Positions 58,266 to 64,000 of a DNA stretch of 64,000 nucleotides are shown here, in pieces; the first letter of the stretch is position 1; the number at the start of each line of letters is the position of its first letter. This DNA comes from Bacteriovoracaceae bacterium (GTDB taxonomy: Bacteria > Bdellovibrionota > Bacteriovoracia > Bacteriovoracales > Bacteriovoracaceae). The DNA is taken from positions 480,001 through 544,000 of the forward strand of contig JBLWTJ010000002.1 of the NCBI GenBank assembly GCA_048270185.1, in the 5' to 3' direction. Both the position numbers and the translations under genes were made by a program. Below the pieces are notes generated by a model, which saw only the letters and a list, made by a program, of their open reading frames with translations, ran no database searches and was not told the DNA's origin.

Positions 58266-61200
58266 ATGAAAGATATTCGCAGCGAATTAGAAGCTAAAGT
58301 AAAAGATAGAATCCTCTTTCTTGATGGGGCCATGGGAACAATGGTTCAACAATACCACTTATCAGAAGATGATTTCCGAGGTGACTTATTTAAAGAAACA
58401 AAGATCGACCTCAAAGGAAATAACGATCTTCTCAATCTTACAAAACCAGAAGTCATTAAAGAGATTCACACAAAGTATCTTGCTGCTGGTTCAGATATAA
58501 TTGAAACAAATACATTCTCAGCAACTCGTATCGCTCAAGATGATTATGCTCTTAGCGAATATGCATATGATATTAATGTTGCTGCGGCAAAACTAGCAAA
58601 AGAAGCCTGTGTAGAATTTATGAAGGAAAATCCTGATCGCACTTGCTATGTAGCAGGAGCGCTTGGGCCAACAAATAAAACGGCCTCGATTTCACCAGAT
58701 GTAAATAACCCAGCTTTTCGAGGTGTTACATTTGATGAACTTGTTGATAATTACTACGAACAAACAAAGGGACTCATTATAGGGGGAGCCGATATCCTTC
58801 TTGCAGAAACTTCATTTGACACCCTAAATCTTAAGGCCGCTATTTTTGCCATGAGAAAGTATCTTGATGAAAATAATCTCAATACACCTATTATGCTTTC
58901 TGTAACAATAACTGATGCTTCAGGAAGAACTCTTTCAGGTCAAACGGTTGAGGCCTTCTGGAACTCGATCGAACATGCTAGGCCATTTAGTGTTGGTATT
59001 AACTGCGCCCTTGGTGCAAGTGAGATGCGTCCATATATTGAAGAATTATCAAGAGTCTCTGATTGCTTCATTTCTTGTTATCCGAATGCCGGACTTCCTA
59101 ATCCACTAAGTGATACGGGATATGATGAAAAGCCAAATGAAACAGCAGCTCTTCTTGAGGAATTTGCTGAGTCAGGACTTGTTAATATTGTCGGTGGTTG
59201 TTGTGGAACAACACCAGATCATATCAACGCCATATATAACCATCTAAAAGATATTTCACCGCGACCAACTCATAAACTACCAATGACTCAACGACTATCT
59301 GGTCTTGAGCCATTAAATCTCGACTACACAGGAGAGAGAACATTTATCATGGTTGGAGAAAGAACCAATGTAACGGGTTCACCTCGCTTTGCCAGACTCA
59401 TTCGCGAAGAAAATTTTGAAGCGGCACTCGATATAGCTCGTCAACAAGTTGAAAACGGCGCCAATATTATCGACGTTAACTTTGATGAAGGACTTCTGGA
59501 TTCGAAAGCCTGTATGGTGAAATTCTTAAATCTCATTGCATCAGAGCCTGATATTTGTAAAGTTCCAATTATGATCGACTCTTCTAAGTGGGAAGTTATC
59601 GAAGCGGGACTAAAGTGTGTTCAAGGGAAAGGGATTGTTAACTCAATTTCTCTTAAAGAAGGTGAAGAGAAGTTTAAAGAGCATGCTCGTATCATTCTTG
59701 AATACGGAGCGGCCGTTGTTGTCATGGCCTTTGACGAAAAAGGACAAGCGGCAACAAAAGAAGAAAAAGTTTCAATTTGTCAGCGAGCTTTTAAAATCCT
59801 AACAGAAGAAGTTGGCTTTCCGGCCACTGATATTATCTTTGACCCAAATGTTCTGACTGTTGGAACAGGAATCGAAGAACATAATGATTATGCTATAAAC
59901 TTCATTGAAGCAGTTCGTGAAATTAAAGAGAAATGCCCAGGAGCACTCACAAGTGGTGGGATCTCAAATATTTCATTCTCATTTCGTGGAAATAATATTG
60001 TCCGCGAGGCCATGCATAGCTCATTCCTCTTTCACGCCATTAAAGCAGGACTTGATATGGGAATTGTTAACGCTGGTATGCTTGAGGTTTACGAAAATGT
60101 TAAACCAGAGCTGATGGAGAAAATTGAGAATGTTCTCTTTAATAAATCGCCAGATGCAACGGATGAGCTTATTGATTATGCCGAACAATTTAAAGGCGTT
60201 AAAACAAAATCAAAAGAAGATGATCTCGCATGGCGAGAGCTACCTCTTCGCGAGCGCATCTCTCACTCTCTTGTTAAAGGTATTGGAAAATTCATTAACG
60301 AAGATGTCGAGGAAGCAAGACAAGAGCTTGGTATCCCACTAAATGTTATCGAAGGTCCCTTAATGGACGGGATGAAAATTGTTGGTGACTTATTTGGTGC
60401 TGGAAAGATGTTCCTTCCTCAGGTTGTTAAAAGTGCTCGTGTTATGAAGCAGGCCGTAGCCTACCTTGAACCATTTATGGAAAAGGATGCTGATGGGAAT
60501 AGTAAGAAGAATACTTTTCTTATTGCGACAGTAAAAGGTGACGTTCACGATATTGGAAAAAATATTGTGGGAGTTGTACTTGCTTGTAACGGCTATAACG
60601 TTGTTGATTTAGGTGTTATGGTAAGCTGTGAAGATATTATTAAAGCGGCTAAAGAACACAATGCCAAAATTATTGGTCTTAGTGGACTGATCACTCCTTC
60701 ACTTGATGAGATGATTCACAATGTTGCTGAGTTTAATCGTCAAGGCCTTGATATCCCTGTACTCATTGGGGGGGCCACAACAAGCCGAACACATACGGCA
60801 GTAAAGATTGCGCCAGAGAGTACAAGTCCGGTTGTCCACGTTATTGATGCCTCTCAGACAGTGGGAATTTGTAATAGTCTTCTAAGTGAAAACCTCAGAG
60901 AGAATTTCTTAAAAGACCTTAAAGAAAAACAGAAACAAACAAAAGAATACTTTGAAAGTAAGAGAGATAATGGAAATGCCACAATCACTCTAGAAGAAGC
61001 ACGTAATCACAATCGTGTGGACCCAGCGAAGACATTTGAAGAATTCACTCCAGAGTTTGTCGGAGTAAAAGCTTTTGACGATATCGAGCTTAGTGAGATT
61101 GCAAAGTATATCGACTGGTCACCATTCTTTTGGACTTGGCAGCTTAAAGGTCTCTACCCCCATATTCTTTCACATAAAGATTATGGTGAAGAGGCAAAGA

Positions 61201-61937
61201 ACCTTTATAACGATGCTCAAAAAGTATTAGAAGATATTATCAAGAATAAGAGATTTAAGCCCAAAGCCGTTCTTGGATTCTGGCCTGCTTATTCTGATGA
61301 AGAGAAAGTTATTCTTCTTGATGAAAATAAGAATGAATTTGGTACTTTTAACTTCCTAAGACAGCAAAAAGCTAAGACACAAGAGGATCGTCCTTATCTT
61401 TCACTTGCGGACTACATCTTACCTAAAGGTGATAAGCAAGATTATATCGGAAGCTTTGTCGTAACAATGGGCAAAGAAGTTGAAGAATACTCTAAAGTCT
61501 TTGAAAATGAAGGTGATGATTATAATTCAATTATGATCAAGGCCGTTGGTGATCGACTAGCAGAAGCTTATGCCGAGCTAATTCACAAGAAGGCCCGAGA
61601 GTACTGTGGAATTGAGGATGCTGAATTTACTGTCGAAGAACTTATTAAAGAAAAATATACCGGAATTCGTCCAGCGGCGGGATATCCGGCTTGCCCTGAT
61701 CACACTGAAAAAAGTAAGCTTTGGGAATACTTAAATGTTGAAGAGCACACTGGTGCAATCCTAACTGAAAACTACGCTATGTATCCTGCGAGTTCTGTAT
61801 CAGGCTATATTTTCTTTAACCCAGGAGCGAAGTATTTTAACATCTTGAATATAGGTGAAGATCAAATTGAATTATATTCAAAAGAGAAAGATCAACCTAT
61901 TGAAGAAACAAAGAAATGGTTAAGGCCGATTTTATAA
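58266..61937 (+). CDS. metH: Cobalamin-dependent methionine synthase
   Basis: LDGAMGT, GGCCGT, GERTNV, DVHDIG B12 motif, [12 protein letters not shown]. Confidence 0.97.
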   Translation: MKDIRSELEAKVKDRILFLDGAMGTMVQQYHLSEDDFRGDLFKETKIDLKGNNDLLNLTKPEVIKEIHTKYLAAGSDIIETNTFSATRIAQDDYALSEYAYDINVAAAKLAKEACVEFMKENPDRTCYVAGALGPTNKTASISPDVNNPAFRGVTFDELVDNYYEQTKGLIIGGADILLAETSFDTLNLKAAIFAMRKYLDENNLNTPIMLSVTITDASGRTLSGQTVEAFWNSIEHARPFSVGINCALGASEMRPYIEELSRVSDCFISCYPNAGLPNPLSDTGYDEKPNETAALLEEFAESGLVNIVGGCCGTTPDHINAIYNHLKDISPRPTHKLPMTQRLSGLEPLNLDYTGERTFIMVGERTNVTGSPRFARLIREENFEAALDIARQQVENGANIIDVNFDEGLLDSKACMVKFLNLIASEPDICKVPIMIDSSKWEVIEAGLKCVQGKGIVNSISLKEGEEKFKEHARIILEYGAAVVVMAFDEKGQAATKEEKVSICQRAFKILTEEVGFPATDIIFDPNVLTVGTGIEEHNDYAINFIEAVREIKEKCPGALTSGGISNISFSFRGNNIVREAMHSSFLFHAIKAGLDMGIVNAGMLEVYENVKPELMEKIENVLFNKSPDATDELIDYAEQFKGVKTKSKEDDLAWRELPLRERISHSLVKGIGKFINEDVEEARQELGIPLNVIEGPLMDGMKIVGDLFGAGKMFLPQVVKSARVMKQAVAYLEPFMEKDADGNSKKNTFLIATVKGDVHDIGKNIVGVVLACNGYNVVDLGVMVSCEDIIKAAKEHNAKIIGLSGLITPSLDEMIHNVAEFNRQGLDIPVLIGGATTSRTHTAVKIAPESTSPVVHVIDASQTVGICNSLLSENLRENFLKDLKEKQKQTKEYFESKRDNGNATITLEEARNHNRVDPAKTFEEFTPEFVGVKAFDDIELSEIAKYIDWSPFFWTWQLKGLYPHILSHKDYGEEAKNLYNDAQKVLEDIIKNKRFKPKAVLGFWPAYSDEEKVILLDENKNEFGTFNFLRQQKAKTQEDRPYLSLADYILPKGDKQDYIGSFVVTMGKEVEEYSKVFENEGDDYNSIMIKAVGDRLAEAYAELIHKKAREYCGIEDAEFTVEELIKEKYTGIRPAAGYPACPDHTEKSKLWEYLNVEEHTGAILTENYAMYPASSVSGYIFFNPGAKYFNILNIGEDQIELYSKEKDQPIEETKKWLRPIL

Positions 61938-61946
61938 GGTTAATAA

Positions 61947-62927
61947 ATGCATATTTGTATCCATCACCACACAGCTCTTCCAGTTAAAACATACGGCGGT
62001 GTCGAACGCCTTGTTTTCTGGCACATGAAAGAACTAATTAATTTTGGCCATCAAGTTACTTTTATCGGTCCGGCCGAAAGTGAAGTAACAGAATATGGCA
62101 TTAAGCATATTCCTTGGAAGAAAGGACAAGACTGGCAACAGCTTGTTCCAGATAACACTGATGTTATTCATCAATTCTTTCATGATGATATAAAGCTCGA
62201 TATTCCTTATCTCATAAATATTGGAGGTAATGGTCAACCAGGTGAAAAGTTTGATCGAAATACAGTCTTTGTTTCAAAGTCACATGCTCTTCATCATGGT
62301 TCAGATAGTTATGTAAATAATTGTCTCGATATGAGTGAGTACCCTGCAGACTATAAAGAAAGTAAAATTACAGATATTAAAAGTCTTCTATTTTTGGCCA
62401 AAGCATCTTGGCGCGTGAAGAACCTCGATCAATCAGTAAAAATAGCGAGGAAAACAGGTAAACACCTTCATATCTGTGGAGGAGGATCAAAATTCTTTGG
62501 TTGGCACCCTCTTATTCACAATCACGGAATGGTTGGTGGAGCCGAGAAAATGAACTATATGCGTGAATGTGATGCTCTCCTCTTTGCTGTTCGTTGGCAC
62601 GAGCCATTTGGGCTTGCAATTATTGAGGCCATGACTCAGGGGATGCCTGTCTTTGGCTCTAAATTTGGCTCGCTACCCGATTTAATTGCACCTGGAACAG
62701 GTCGTACATTCTACTCTCATGAAGAGATTATTGAATACTTTAATACAACTAAAGATGTGTACGATCGTGATTACATTCGAAAATATGCCATTGATAATTT
62801 TTCAATGAAAAAATTTACTTCAGAGTTTATTGAAAAATATAAGATTGTCATGTCTGGAGAAAAGCTTAATAAAGATAACCCAGAATGGGCACATCCTTTT
62901 AGGGCAGGAAAAAGGCTACCTTTCTAG
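61947..62927 (+). CDS. GT4-family glycosyltransferase
   Basis: YGGVER, WHEPFGLAIIEAM..G.PV. Confidence 0.88.
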   Translation: MHICIHHHTALPVKTYGGVERLVFWHMKELINFGHQVTFIGPAESEVTEYGIKHIPWKKGQDWQQLVPDNTDVIHQFFHDDIKLDIPYLINIGGNGQPGEKFDRNTVFVSKSHALHHGSDSYVNNCLDMSEYPADYKESKITDIKSLLFLAKASWRVKNLDQSVKIARKTGKHLHICGGGSKFFGWHPLIHNHGMVGGAEKMNYMRECDALLFAVRWHEPFGLAIIEAMTQGMPVFGSKFGSLPDLIAPGTGRTFYSHEEIIEYFNTTKDVYDRDYIRKYAIDNFSMKKFTSEFIEKYKIVMSGEKLNKDNPEWAHPFRAGKRLPF

Positions 62928-62939
62928 GTAGGTAGCCTT
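62912..62939. terminator. Hairpin spanning the glycosyltransferase stop codon, between convergent genes
   Basis: AAGGCTACCT-N8-AGGTAGCCTT. Confidence 0.5.
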
Positions 62940-62946
62940 AATTATT

Positions 62947-64000
62947 CTAAGATCTAACACTTAATTCATATAATTTCTTATATTCACCACCAAGCTCCAT
63001 TAGCTCCTCATGGCGACCCTGCTCAATCTTTCTACCATCTTTTAATACAATAATCTTATCGTAGTTTTGAATTGTCGAAAGTCTGTGAGCGACTGCTACA
63101 ACTGTTTTATTTTTTGCTAGATCATTTAGTGATTCTTGTACAACCTTCTCTGATTCGTTATCAAGAGCAGAGGTTGCTTCATCAAATAAGAAAACATTAT
63201 TATCTTGCAGGTAAGCACGAGCAATCGTTAGCCTCTGGGCCTGCCCACCAGAGAGTCTCACTCCACGATCTCCAATAATAGTCTCTAACCCTTCAGGTAG
63301 ATCATTGATATAATCTGTAGCGTGAGCAACCTTTAGTGCCTCCATCATCTTCGCCTCAGAAACTTCCCTACCTAGTGTTAAATTCTCTCTAATCGTCGTA
63401 TTAAATAAGAAGATATCCTGAGAAACAAGTCCAAAGTACTCTCTTAAAGCTTTCAGTGTGAAGTCAGACGAGTCGATGCCGTCAATCTTATAGCTTCCCT
63501 TTTTTACCGGATATAAACCAAGTAGAACATTAATGAGAGTTGATTTTCCAGAGCCAGATAATCCAACAAGAGCAACTTTTTCTCCCTTATTAATATCAAA
63601 ACTAAGATCATTAATAACTTGATTGTCTCCGTATGAAAAATCCAAATTCGTGAATGAAATCTTATCCTTTAATTCAAAATTCTTCTGAGTTCCAGGATCC
63701 GCTTCATTATCAACTTTAAGAAATTTAAAAATTCGCTTTTCAGCTGCTTGGGCCTGGTTGATCTTTAAGTTCCCATCATTCGTCTTACGTATAGGATCTT
63801 GAATCATGGCCATGATTCCAATAAACGTAATGAAATCCCCTGTACTCATTGAACTACCAGAGATTTTAATCTGAGCAAAAACAATGACAGCTGAAAGAGT
63901 AATCGTTGTAATAAATTCAACAAGAGGGTGAGAAAACTGTCTCATGACCTCTGCTTTCATTTGAAAATTAAAGAACTCACGTTGATAACCCCAGAAGAAT
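62947..64000 (-). CDS. MsbA-like ABC exporter (5' part outside window)
   Basis: GLSGSGKST, LSGGQAQR, DEATSALD, AHRLST; reading frame stays open to window edge. Confidence 0.88.
   Translation of the reverse strand, partial: FFWGYQREFFNFQMKAEVMRQFSHPLVEFITTITLSAVIVFAQIKISGSSMSTGDFITFIGIMAMIQDPIRKTNDGNLKINQAQAAEKRIFKFLKVDNEADPGTQKNFELKDKISFTNLDFSYGDNQVINDLSFDINKGEKVALVGLSGSGKSTLINVLLGLYPVKKGSYKIDGIDSSDFTLKALREYFGLVSQDIFLFNTTIRENLTLGREVSEAKMMEALKVAHATDYINDLPEGLETIIGDRGVRLSGGQAQRLTIARAYLQDNNVFLFDEATSALDNESEKVVQESLNDLAKNKTVVAVAHRLSTIQNYDKIIVLKDGRKIEQGRHEELMELGGEYKKLYELSVRS

Noticed and set aside
1..64000. CRISPR arrays, IS elements, prophage genes, rRNA
   Set aside because: No regularly spaced repeats or transposase, integrase, phage or rRNA signatures; window is almost fully tiled by assignable genes

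Overview
AT-rich (roughly 35-38% GC by eye) bacterial chromosome segment, most consistent with a predatory Bdellovibrionota such as Halobacteriovorax/Bacteriovorax. That assignment is inferred from the MCP signalling-domain style, the extended ScpB, the many secreted orphans and the gene content; it was not confirmed by any search. Core genes: maeB (partial), ridA, pepA, spoT/gmk/yicC, engB, rluB/scpB/scpA, trmB-dnaG-rpoD, a SWIM-SNF2 helicase, metF-metH, and a partial msbA-like ABC transporter. Accessory content: (i) an AT-rich isonitrile biosynthetic cluster (isocyanide synthase, Fe/2OG oxygenase, atypical P450, GNAT, divergent LysR) abutting the 3' end of tRNA-Leu(CAA), whose first three enzymes match the minimal fungal xanthocillin set; (ii) an adjacent RLAN-RimK ATP-grasp / GNAT-C39 peptidase / second ATP-grasp block; (iii) a chemotaxis operon with CheR-REC-CheB and STAS-CheX fusions. 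CheA, CheW, one MCP and a separate small protein all end in -Ala-Ala (candidate ClpXP degron) and lie downstream of sigma28-like promoters. GGCC appears over-represented. No CRISPR array, rRNA, integrase or transposase was seen.
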